This document shows, in pieces, positions 23,845 through 34,955 of a stretch of DNA of 49,846 bases. Every line of letters starts with the position of its first letter. The stretch's first letter is position 1. The position numbers were made by a program, and so were the translations under genes. The stretch comes from Girardia tigrina (Eukaryota). The notes under the pieces were generated by a model. The model ran no database searches, was not told where the DNA came from, and saw only the letters and a program-made list of their open reading frames with translations. The DNA lies in the NCBI GenBank assembly GCA_001938485.1, contig MQRK01229401.1, positions 11,579 to 61,424 on the forward strand. The letters run 5' to 3'.

Positions 23845-24786
23845 TTATTTCAATTTATAAATCATAATATATGCTGTTTTACTTGGTGTTTCCAAAACAG
23901 CTTTTTTATCCGTCAAACTACATTTTTCGTCATCCATCTCGATCCAACGGCTGTATTTTGTGAAACATTGTGATATATAATGACCGGAGGTTGTCCTCAA
24001 TCCTCGATGATGAACGACTGCAACAACATCGAATTGACGAAATTGTTCTGTACTCGTCTCCACAGAAAGACTTTCTTCTATGTGATGAGCTGAACTGTTC
24101 TTTTCTATCTTCATGAGATTAATATTCGTTTCGAATCTCATCAATGTACAAATTAAATATTTCGGAATTCGAATTAGTTTGAAATATTTTGTAGCATATG
24201 TTGTTCGTTTACAATGTTCACAATTAAAACAATCAATTGATTCTTTTTCAAACACGACTTTCGAATCCAATTGTATAAATGTCGTCAATTCTTCATGTTC
24301 CTGAACTGTTTCACTGTTTGCTTGGTGACATTCTTCACAAATATATCGGTTGTCGTATGAGAATTTGTATAATAATCTGATGGGATTATTCTTGCCCGAG
24401 AACGGTTTATAACGGTCGAATTCTTCTTCCAAACGAGATAATAATCCTACAAGGAATTCTTGTGCATCTTGCATTTGATATTGAGAAAAACTTGGAGAAT
24501 AATATTTGATATCGGTAATTGCTTTTCTTAAATTCCATGAAGGTTTGTTGTCTTTCAAAGTATCTAATAATTCGTTCATCAAATAACATGCTGGAACTTC
24601 TTCTTTCTCTTTGAAAATATTTCTCATGACCCTCACTTTGATGATTAATTTTGATTCAAGTGTAACAATCAAAGCTTGCATAACAGAATTCATGTAACAA
24701 CTAACGGAACTGTTGATCAACCCTATAGAAGATTTGTAAGGGGTCATATCAAATTTAGATTCTAAATCATCCCATATTAAATTCAT
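23845..24786 (-). CDS. Ubiquitin-specific protease (peptidase C19), minimal intronless catalytic domain, 313 aa, copy A
   Basis: Cys box GLINSSVSCYMNSVMQAL (C30), QDAQEFL, CxxC...CxxC zinc ribbon, His box VVHHRGLRTTSGHYIS (H269), WIEMDD (D285/286). Confidence 0.93.
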   Translation of the reverse strand: MNLIWDDLESKFDMTPYKSSIGLINSSVSCYMNSVMQALIVTLESKLIIKVRVMRNIFKEKEEVPACYLMNELLDTLKDNKPSWNLRKAITDIKYYSPSFSQYQMQDAQEFLVGLLSRLEEEFDRYKPFSGKNNPIRLLYKFSYDNRYICEECHQANSETVQEHEELTTFIQLDSKVVFEKESIDCFNCEHCKRTTYATKYFKLIRIPKYLICTLMRFETNINLMKIEKNSSAHHIEESLSVETSTEQFRQFDVVAVVHHRGLRTTSGHYISQCFTKYSRWIEMDDEKCSLTDKKAVLETPSKTAYIMIYKLK

Positions 24787-25695
24787 TGTTTATTATTAAT
24801 TGCTTTTTGTTTTATAATATTTTCTTTTTTCATTTATAATACGGTAAAAAATTATTTATAAATTTTATTTTCTAATGAAATAATTGGATAAAATGTTTTA
24901 TTTGATTATAAAAATCATTGTTTTTAAAGTAAATATTTCTTTATGAACTCAATTTTGAGTTTTGAGTTTTTGTGTTCTTCATAAATATGTTTATTGTTGT
25001 TAATAAAATAAAAGTTTTTATCGGAAAACAACCACAAACCCAACGAACGTAATTCAAAATAATGTGAATTTAAAAGTTATTTCATGATCATTTATGCGAG
25101 AGAAAATTCTGAATTTGGTTATATGCTGTTTGGATTGGTGATTCTCAATTCAGATGGGATTGAGATGTTATTGAATAATTATTTAAATCTAATGAGATTA
25201 ATTTAATGAGCTTAATGTTTAAATATTAATTAATTAAAAGTTTTCTAATTATAAATTTTATTAATATTGTTTAGTAAAACGATTTTAACTTTATGAGGAA
25301 TATTTGGTGTGTTGATGTTTTTGTGTAATGTTTGCGTGTTTAAAATGTGTTGTGTCGATTTGGGATTGTGCCTCTCCTAATCAGATTTATTCTAATCAGA
25401 TTTATTCTAACACAAATTTACAAACAAAGTTAAGTACTTTAAATAAAATTTTTTTTGTATATATATATATACTGATAAATGTTATAAATATTTATTTTTA
25501 CCAATATGCTACAATATGATATATTTCAAAGTGTATAAATATATGATCCCTGTGTGGATTCGACAATAATTAATAAATTACCTATTTTAAAATTTTTGTA
25601 TATTAGCATTTTATCTTTTTGGAGCCCCCCTTCATCAGAGGCCTGGGGCGGTCCGCCCCAACCGCAACCCCCCCCCCCNCCTCAGTACGCCACTG

Positions 25696-26090
25696 CTTCA
25701 GTAAATACGTGAGCTTGATGGCAATTAGAAGACTAAAAGGGGAACAATTGTATAAATGATCTTACAGAAATGAATATTAAAATTCGGAGCACCAAAGGAG
25801 ATACATTTGGACTGTGGTAAGAGTTTTTAATCAAAAAGGTCAAAGAGATATTAGAAGCAAGAGGTGTTAAGTTGATTTTCTCCAGCCTATATCATCATAA
25901 CTCTAACGGAATGATTCAGAGACAATTCAGAACAATTTATTCAGGTTTAAGTTTTAAAAAAAGAAATAACACGAATTGGGCTGATTTATTACCGGAAGTG
26001 GAATTTGCTATTAATGCAACTAAATAAAATAGGCAACATCCCAGCGGAAGTTATATTTTGCAAGAAAATATATCGACAACAGTGGTAAGA
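25696..26090 (+). pseudogene. Gypsy integrase core remnant (second half)
   Basis: KYVSLMAI, KFGAPKEIHLDCGKSF, FSSLYHHNSNGMIQRQFRTI, WADLLPEVEFAINAT. Confidence 0.8.
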
Positions 26091-26167
26091 AGACAGTAAA
26101 GTAAATCGAGAAGGTATAATACTAAAAATAAAAGTAAAAAGATAAAAATCTCAAAACAAAGGGGAAA

Positions 26168-26480
26168 TGTGAGGATCGGAATAACTCTTAGATTTTCGAA
26201 TTAAAAAAGAATCACAACGATAAAATATTTTAAATTAATTAATAATTAAGATTATTAAAATAGATTTTAAAATCATATAGTAAAATAATTTACAAGATAA
26301 TAGAAATTATAGTTAGTATAACATCTAAAATTAATTATAATATAAATGGTAAAAATTATTTTTTTAATTATAAAAGAAAATGATACGGTTGAATAAAATT
26401 ATGAATTGTAAACTAAAAATTATAAATTGTGAATTATCAATTTCAAATTGCGAATTATAAATTGTCAATTGTGACAATTT
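26168..26480 (+). repeat. 3' LTR of the gypsy element, truncated
   Basis: TGTGAGGATCGGAATAACTCTTAGATTTTCG matches 13982 onward; similarity lost after ~26480. Confidence 0.8.
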
Positions 26481-27637
26481 CACATTGACGTTTACCTTGA
26501 CGAAACAACTCCACAATTTTACTATGTTTATTCGACATGCTGAAAATACCATAAGTTAGCACACAATGTTATTCAAAATACAGTACACAAAAACATGGAA
26601 AATCCGATAAAGTAATTATTATTTGGATACGTTACAATAATTTTGAGTTAGGAAGCATTAAACTGTGTAACGTTTTTTGTTGCCGCACCTTTTTTAATAT
26701 AAGTACCACATTATGTATTGTTAGATAAGAAAACATGGTCTGAATATGAGATTTATTTTTGAAAACTCATTCTAGTTTAGCTTCTACAACTGTATAAATT
26801 ATTTTAAATGATATATTGTAAAAATTTCAGTCGAAAAATCTTTACTTTTCTATTTTGATGTTAATCTATTTATAAAAATCTTTTACGTAGTTGTTCTTTT
26901 TTATAAACTTTTTCTTCTATATTATTTGTATTAAATTGTTTAATTATTATTTTTTAAATTAAAAACTTTAGAAAATACTATTTTATTTCATAACATTAAA
27001 TTAAAAAATTAATTCTTATCAAAATTTTATTTTAATATTTCTTTTGTCTTATTTTTAAAATGAAATTTTTTAAATTATTTTTTCTTTCGATATAACATTT
27101 AATGAGACTTTTTAAAATTATAATTAAAATATTGTTAAAAATATATTAAATAAACATAATTATTCATTTCACTGTTTTAAAAATAAATAATCCAATTTTA
27201 TTTACTGAAGTTATTATTTTTAAATAATAAATCATTTTTTATCTTAAATAAATTATTATTTGTCAAATGAAATTTTATATAATTTAATTATAAATATTAT
27301 TTTTAATTGTTTTTGACAAAATTTTAATATTTTCAGTTTTTAGCTGAAAATTTTTAATGAAGATCATTATATGATTTGTTTTCATTTTACGCTATTGATT
27401 TGGATTCCATAGAAAGAATATTCTTTGTATAATAAATTTTAGTTCTTCATTTGAAGTTTAATATTGTATAATTAAAAGAATTTTTTGATGTTTAATTGTA
27501 AAAAAAATAATAAATCAATTCATTATTGTATACTTTAACTTTAACCTTTACCTGTCGTTGTATAAACCTAAGACAATATTGGTGCGGTTATCAACTACCT
27601 GGCCTCAGGTAAGACCATAATTAACTGTAGTTAATTA

Positions 27638-28100
27638 TACAGATGTGGTCAAAATAATTAAGATAAATTACAAATTTTTCAGAATTACACAAAACTCTAA
27701 GCATAAAGTAGACTTGACGAAGTCAATCAAATGTTGTATATTACTGGAATGATTACCTCTTAACTTTCTCTTACGATGTTGTTAGGTAAACCCCTTTTTA
27801 TTCTAAGACGAATAAATTTTAACTGTATAACCGAACATTTTACAGGTCGTGAGTTATTTCCAAAAACTAGCAGAAATCATACATCAATCTTTCATCATCG
27901 CGTCTTATGGGGCTGAAATTCAAAAACTCGCAGTTTAAACCGCATTAATTCGTATACTTCCCCGATTGTATAGTACGTTGTCTACAAACGATAAATAAAG
28001 AGTTTTTGATAAAACCTTTCACCATGTTCATTGCAGATTTCTCTTAAATCTTTTGAGAAAAAAATCAAGGTAGCTTTAAAGAAATAAATTTTAAGTGACA
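27638..28100 (+). mobile_element. Possible Tc1-like remnant
   Basis: TA-CAGATGTGGTCAAAATAATT resembles a Tc1 terminus; weak VLWG motif; no partner TIR found. Confidence 0.3.
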
Positions 28101-28753
28101 TTTATTTTAACTTCCATTTGTTGGGTATTTGTTTTTTTATTTAAAATAATAAAGTTGTTTAATATGCAACTTTTAAATAAGTAATTCTCTGACTGACTCC
28201 AAATAAATCAAAAGATTCTTCCAACAATTTCTAGGTCTTAACTTTCAAATAAATGAACTTAATGACTTTGAAACCAAAATTGATTGATATAAAAGTAAAT
28301 CAATTATCTTATCAAGTTGTGATCTTAATAATATTTTAAATAATTGAATCAATTGAACAACAACAATATATTTATTGAATGAATTGAGATACAATGTGAC
28401 CTTGATTTGAGATGAAAATTTACCACACTTTTGAATTTGACACAATATAACTGATAATTAATTTTAATTTATAAAGTTTACACTTTTTAATTTCAATTGT
28501 CAATTTATTACTTTTTTCTTCTTTTTTAAAATTTCGATTAGCAATTTTTTCATTCTTTTCAAAATTTCATTTTTACGATTTTTCCCTTTTTGTGTATCTG
28601 CCGTTTTTTTTATTTGAAAATTGTATTGGTATTTATACTAAAAATTTATTATAATAAAATTTTATTCAAGTCATAAAAAAGATTATTTTCAATTATTTTT
28701 CAGGAGTCTTTTGACTCATAAATGATTTTTATTTTTTTCCAATTTGACAGTTT

Positions 28754-28866
28754 TGACAGTGCACTATGGCCTTATCTGGTTGCACGGTCAAACTGCTATG
28801 ATTTTTTTGGATTTTCAATCTGGGGGAATCTGACAATGCACCATCTTTATCACAAGTGCACTGTCA
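28754..28866. repeat. 12-bp inverted repeat pair TGACAGTGCACT/AGTGCACTGTCA with a third partial copy at 28831
   Basis: Read directly. Confidence 0.6.
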
Positions 28867-29100
28867 GTTCGCAATTGATGTGACAGCCAATTTCAATCTG
28901 GGCGTGCGAGAAAAGATTTATTCAACTTGTACTTGTGCAGAATTTCATTTTTTTGAGACATGAATTTTTTAATTTTTTAATTAAAATTTTTATTTTAATA
29001 AATAATTAAATATATTAAATATAATACTAATTAATATAATTTTATTAATATAATATTAATAATAATAAATTAGTAATTATAAATTAAGTTAATATTATTA

Positions 29101-29167
29101 TTACCGCTGACGAGCCTTTCTAACCGAAACAGGATTACCCCCATAATGAATGGGTGCCTGTGGAAGG
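29101..29167 (+). ncRNA. Degenerate hammerhead-ribozyme-like motif
   Basis: CTGACGA (29107) and GAAA (29126) cores; stem III ACAGG/CCTGT plus ACCC/GGGT; stem II poor and cleavage triplet GUG. Confidence 0.35.
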
Positions 29168-29702
29168 AGGAAAATTTGCCAAAACGGAATTATAATAATA
29201 GTGATAATAAAAATGACAATAATAAATAATAAATAAAATAATAATAATAATGTGAATAATTAAATATTAATAATATTTTACTAATAAATGATAATAATAG
29301 TAAAAATAAAATATGATAATAGTAAATTAATAATAATAATAATAAATCAATAATGATACTTGTGAGGAATATGTTTGAATGGTGTTTATTGTGTGTTGTT
29401 TGGTATGTTGTTTTAGGATTGTGTTTCTCCCACCCAGATGTAAGATTGATATTTTAAATATTTTAAAATGTCGGGTTGTTTAATCAAGTATTAAAATTTA
29501 AATAATCACTTTAAAATTAAACTAATATTTCATAAATAATATTTTAATAATATTTTCTAAAAATAAATAAAAATTATTTCAAATTTAAAGTATAAATTAT
29601 TTTTGTAATAATTAAATTGCAATTTAAATTTGTTTGAATAATAAGACGTCAAAGAATATTATGAAAGATTATCAATCAAGAACGATGACAGTAGGGGGAA
29701 AA

Positions 29703-30423
29703 TGGGTATTCGGCCCCACCCCCCTGGGGGAGGCCGTTGCTATGGCAACGGTTACCATAGCAACGGTCGCGATCACCTTAACAACGCTTCTGATTGGTTT
29801 CTTGGTTCCCTAGCAACGGTTGCGATCACCTTATGAATGCTTCTGATTGGTTTCCGGTTCCTTAGACTAGGCAGCAACGGTTTCGGTTCCCAGGGTAACG
29901 GCAACCAAGGACGTTTTTCATTAGCAACGGATACAGTGTTCCAAGGCGGTTCCCGTATCCATAGCAACCGTGACCCCATCACTAAGGACCTTAGAAAAAA
30001 GTGCTAATCAGTCACTGCACAATGCTTAGATCGGTTCTAAAAGCGAAAATACCGAAAAACCGGTATCGAAAATTTTTAACGATATTACATTCCCTAATTA
30101 TGATTAAGTTCACATTTGTATAGATTTCATTAGACAGACTTCTTATAATCCCGAACCAGATTTCTTCTCGAACTGTTCTTTTAATGAAACAGTTAGCTTT
30201 AATAGTAAATTGAGGATCGATATTTTCAATGAATTCGAAATACGAATGGAAATATTTTTGTTTAAAGAAAATCTTATCTAATTTAATGTATTCATTTGTA
30301 AATGTAATTTTCTTTATTAAAAATTTCAATGATAGAATAAAATTAATTGTATATTTTTTATTCAATTTTCGTTTTACCATACTTTTGGTGTTGTAACTTC
30401 AACTTTTGATATTGGACCTAACA
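29703..30423 (+). mobile_element. 3' LTR of a second, related gypsy-type element
   Basis: Purine tract AGTAGGGGGAAAA then TG at 29703; ends TTTTGATATTGGACCTAACA, matching TTTTGATATCGAACCTAACA at the end of the 14631 LTR. Confidence 0.65.
29736..29968. promoter_or_regulatory. Cluster of RFX X-box motifs with two CCAAT (Y) boxes in a ~53-bp tandem duplication
   Basis: GTTGCTATGGCAAC 29736, GTTACCATAGCAAC 29751, GTTCCCTAGCAAC 29805, GTTCCCAGGGTAAC 29886, GTATCCATAGCAAC 29955; CTGATTGG at ~29790 and ~29843. Confidence 0.7.
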
Positions 30424-30924
30424 ATCGTTACGTGATCCAACTGTCTTTGGTTAAGAAACATTAAAAATTTAATTTTGTTGATCATTTTATTCTTATTCAA
30501 ATATTTAAGTCATCAACAACCAATGTTATGTATTCGCAAATTCAAAATCGTTTTACAAAATGTATATGGTATAAAGATTAAAAATAGAAAAAATCAGAAA
30601 ACATAAAATTTCATAAAAAGAAGAAATCAAAAAATTTAAACTAGCTCGAGGTTATTTGCGTTTCATGTTCTCATTAATGAATATTGAAATTAAACCAAAG
30701 AAAATCTTTAAAAAATAATTAAAAAATTGAAATAAATTACAAATTTTGAATTATCTGAGTGAATCAAGCATAAATGTTCAAATATTTCGTAAATTTGAGA
30801 ATTCAAGAAAACCAAAACACTGTGTTTTTCAGATAGGTATTTCTGTGAAAAACCAATAATAATGATTAAATTAATTATAAAATTAATAAATATCTTAATA
30901 TGACATTATAATAAATTAGAATTA

Positions 30925-31175
30925 TACGTTGTGCGTTCAATAAGTACCTGGACTTGACCACAAAGCAAAATATAAGAATAAAATTACTTTATCCTGTAAA
31001 TCTTTGGTCGTGTTATGTAATGAAAATTTTTTTAAAACACTGAGGTGCCGACCACCGGATAGAGCAGTGGCAGCTGGCGCCCTTTTATTGTGCGGGCGGA
31101 TTCTTCCCAACGAGAAAGATCGTACAGTTCAGTCGATCCACACGGTGATACATGTTGATCAGCAGTGCGCCATCG
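30925..31175 (+). mobile_element. 5' end fragment of a mariner-type element
   Basis: TA-CGTTGTGCGTTCAATAAGTACCTGGACT TIR-like start; ends at a transposase-start-like DQQCAI. Confidence 0.45.
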
Positions 31176-34100
31176 GATCGAGTGCTTCGGAATCAAATTT
31201 GATCTGATTTTATTAATAGTTCTTTTGTTTCAAAGTATATATTTATTAATGTCAAATAAACACATAAAAATGTTTAGTTTATTTCATGAAAAAATCCATA
31301 TTATTTAAATTTTGCACATTTCGTTATATAATTCAAGCGAAGTTAATGTTTTAATTCTTTTCACAAATTTTTTTTTGTTTTTTCTCAGGGTCACCACAAA
31401 TACCATTCCTTGTTTTCTGCATACTGACGCAATTTTTATGTTTGCAATATAATTTATTTTGCAATATAATAATCGAGTTAACGAGTCCTATTAAATTCTC
31501 AGTTTTGGATGGTGATTATTTTTAATCAGAAAAACTAGCTGAACATAAGATAATAATTATTTGACGATTTTCCCTGATTTAACTGTAGTGACCTATAACA
31601 TATAAAATACATTAAATTTTTATATTGTCTACGTAGAATGAGACATTAATATTTGTTTTTCTGAGTTATTGAAATGTGTGTTTTAATATTCATTATTTGT
31701 GTTATGTTCAAATTGAATTGATTTTAATAAATTTAGAATAAATATATATTTTCCGTCGTTCGAAGTATAGTCTATTTTGTTGGACGAAGATAGGATGCAA
31801 AAGCCCCGTTATTATTATGGATCCCTAGTCACCAGCACATTTTTAGAAATTTAATGAGAAAAATCATTCAAACGATTAATCAGTATTCGTAAAGTGAAAG
31901 ACCACTTTACTTGCGTGCAACTGCATATTTGTCAAGTGTTTAGTTATTTAATAGATTTAGACGCAGATTTATTTTTGTAATTCTTATTTTATTATTCAGT
32001 GATTTCATTAAAAAAATCACAGGATTAAATGTATTTTAATAATGTATTCGAAAGTTTTCTGAAGACATTAATTTGTCAATTTTGTTCTGTAAAGTGAATT
32101 TTTCATGAAATTAAGTGTTGTTGTATAACGTTTTTCAAAAGCATTTATTTATAACTTGTGGTAGACCTATTTTATTAAAGTTATAACATTTACCTGAGTC
32201 TTCTTCACAGAAGGTAATTATAATAAAAGGTTTTGAAAACCACATAAAAATATGAATAAGATTATATTTGAATATTTGTGACGTGATAACAGTGGAAGTA
32301 AGTGTTTCGGTTGCATTTAGGAGTCTGGACTACATACATTTGAACTGAGTTATTTAATCAGTGTTGCTGTCAATAAAATTTATAAAAAATATAATAAAAT
32401 ATACTTTATGAATATCAGATCGGTCTCAAAGTTCTCAGACCACAGTTTGACTTTATTATAAGAAGATGGCAAAAATAAAATAACGAATGTTGATTCTTTG
32501 TTGCACTAATATCATTTATTACTTCATTTTTATTTGTATTGACATTTTATTTACTTTGAGCAAGGACTGTTAGTTATGGCTGAATGTTTTTTGTACACAT
32601 GATTTGTTTAAATCATAGCTGTTTCTAAAATTAAAATATGGTAATTAAAATATATTTAATTAGCCTTTTTTTAATGAGAGAGAACGTGTGAGAGCCCTCA
32701 TAAGGGTTATTAACCATGATTGTGGATGAGGAAAACTCGAGATTTGAGCAATAATGCTGAATTTGCAAAGAGCAGAGTGCCGAAAACCTCATTGTAGTAG
32801 GGTTACGTGGCCAATTTTGTTCGAAGAGTTGAAAGCCTAAAATCCCGAGACTCGAGAGGTACCGCCGAATCTGTGCAGAGTGTAGGGAGGCTTCGAAACC
32901 GAGTGGTGAGAACCCTCACCTAAGGTGAATTGTCTTAGCCACCTGATCAAAGTTCTCGATAGACCTTTTAGACCTCATTGATTGTGATGTTTCGGCAAGT
33001 TCTTTGACTTAAATTGTTGTTTTGATTGTTGAGCGTGTGAATGATATGAATGACACGGATCCTTAACTCACGAAATCTTCCCCTCTTAATTTGAATTATG
33101 TAACTGATTTTCATCATGATATGTTAATTTTTGAGAAAATCCAATTTTCTTTGGTGTTGTCGGAGGGGAAGAAGGTATTCGCGCCCTTTCAAGTTCAAAA
33201 AGAAAAGAGTCAAGCCTTTCATACACTCATTCTCCAAACATCAGTTTACTGATCTAGAACAGAAGTTATCATCCTCCAAACATTGTTTGATAGATCTAGA
33301 CGATCCACCACAAATATGTTCACTCTACCACAGCCCACGGCCGCGCCAAGGACCATGAGTTCTTTTGAAGGAAGTCTTTCCTATTATAATGCCTCTCAAT
33401 ATTTCAATGATTACTATAACCAAAATATTTATCCTCACAAAATTTTTACTTAAATTTGTTTTATTACTCCTTCAAATTGTATTTTTATTTTCCATATATT
33501 TCTTGTTTTATTTTAAATACAAAAATAAACCCAAGAAAATAATTTCTACATCAATTTTATTTAATTAACACTTATTTCTCTCTAACATCAGATTTTGTTT
33601 CCAAAATCACAAAAAAACTGTTATCGAAATTCAAAATAGTTTTTACTTTGAAAAAAAATAATTTTCTCAATTTTGCTCTTTTGATGATCATCAACAATTT
33701 GAATTGTTTAGATGGATTTTCGGTATTTTTATTCTCCGGTTTGATTTATGCTTGAACTATTCTCAATATTTTCTAAAATTATTTTTTCAGGAAAAACTGA
33801 TTTTTTCTTTAAAAATGGTAACTTTTCGTCATTTAATTAAAATTGTGATTAAATATTTTGTTTTTTTGTTTAATGATTTAAATTATTTTTAAATGAAAAT
33901 GTCACTATAATCATTACTTGAATGATATTGTTTTATTTTTTTATTTTTATTTTTTTTGCTAGACAGTCTATTGTAAAGAACTTTGTGGTTTATCTGTGTA
34001 TTTATTTATTTTATTTTATTTTATTTATTTATTTATTCCGTCTAAAATATAAAAATATATAATACCATTTTATCACATTTTCCAGTCAAACACCAAATTT

Positions 34101-34259
34101 TTTATAATTCTATAAAATAAGAAATCCATTTAAATTATTAAACTTATATATAAATTAGTTGAACAAAGATAGAAATTAGGGAATATTTGAAGAAATTATA
34201 TATATATATNNNNNNNNNNNNNNNNNNNNNNNNNNNNNNNNNNNNNNNNNNNNNNNNNN

Positions 34260-34314
<55 letters not shown>

Positions 34315-34480
34315 TATTAATTATTATCGCTGCCCTACTCTTTCCATTTTGGATGTTATAGTGTATAATTAACAATGATTTACGATATAAGATCTCATTA
34401 TGTGAATCAAAGTTAATTTGAAGAAAAGAAAACTCATCTTTTGAAAAGAGAGAGGTTCTATTCTTGCAACAAACACAATG

Positions 34481-34517
<37 letters not shown>

Positions 34518-34806
34518 AAAATAAATATTTAATACAATTATCAACCTTTTCATAATTTCTTCTAAAATAAATACTAAACATGAAATTTTAATAATTTAAA
34601 TTCATTTATAAATTGCAAATATGAGTTTAATTGAAGGTAGTTTTGAAACCTGTCAGACCGGATTTACGAGAATCTCTTGACTTTTGGAAAATAATTATAC
34701 ATTCTTTAAAAAAACTGACAATTTTAGTTCAACAAGAAATGTTATACAATTTGGCAAAACTAAAACAAGTTTTATATTTAATTAATTGAGAAAAAAATTA
34801 TTTTTT

Positions 34807-34955
34807 TTATTTTCCGTAACCGGAATACCACGATTGTTCGTTAAAGGGGTTTCTCTTCTTTCCATAACCAGAAAACCAGGCTTGGTCCGCCCATCTTTGG
34901 GTATTTTTATCTGAGAATCTTTTTACGGCGAGGTACAACTTCCTATCATTGAAAT
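34807..34955 (-). CDS. Neuropeptide precursor, exon 2 (two amidated W-[FY]-S-G-Y peptides)
   Basis: Acceptor TTTTTTTAG at 34956; (D)FNDRKLYLAVKR-FSDKNTQRWADQAWFSGY-G-KKR-NPFNEQSWYSGY-G-K*; repeated peptide with Gly amide donors and basic cleavage sites. Confidence 0.85.

Larger units (their letters stand above)
22443..25385 (-). other. USP cassette copy A (inverted near-identical duplicate of 39271-42075)
   Basis: Homology runs from TCTGATTAGGAGAGG (25385/39271) to GAAGAAAAGATGAATTAT (22443/42075). Confidence 0.92.
18823..25695 (-). mobile_element. hAT DNA transposon (ZMYM1-like transposase type) with both TIRs and an 8-bp TSD, carrying a 2.9-kb foreign insert
   Basis: Termini CAGTGGCGT.../...ACGCCACTG; TSD CTACAGTA (18815-22) vs CTTCAGTA (25696-703); removing it restores integrase IIGHYS|KYVSL. 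Confidence 0.92.
13982..26480 (+). mobile_element. Degenerate Ty3/gypsy-type LTR retrotransposon split by nested insertions; PR/RT not found
   Basis: Direct repeats starting at 13982 and 26168; PBS-like TGGTGACTATGG at 14632; PPT AAAACAAAGGGGAAA before 26168; gag and integrase remnants. Confidence 0.85.

Noticed and set aside
24113-24589. Short ORFs overlapping the USP genes (also 40061-40243, 40346-40537) and the many short I/F/K/L-rich ORFs in AT-rich tracts
   Set aside because: Shadow frames conserved only because of the duplication, or low-complexity chance ORFs
18823-25695. Active Pack-hAT that mobilised the USP gene
   Set aside because: Transposase is heavily decayed while the cassette is near-identical to copy B, which has no hAT ends; insertion into a dead hAT fits better, though trans-mobilisation is not excluded
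29758-29862. Direct repeats as a CRISPR-like array
   Set aside because: Two adjacent ~53-bp units without unique spacers, in a eukaryotic LTR context
34819-34884. Assignment of QAWFSGY/QSWYSGY to the GnRH/AKH/corazonin family
   Set aside because: Those peptides are single-copy, directly follow the signal peptide and have FS-x-GW spacing; here there are two C-terminal copies and no cleavage site before Q
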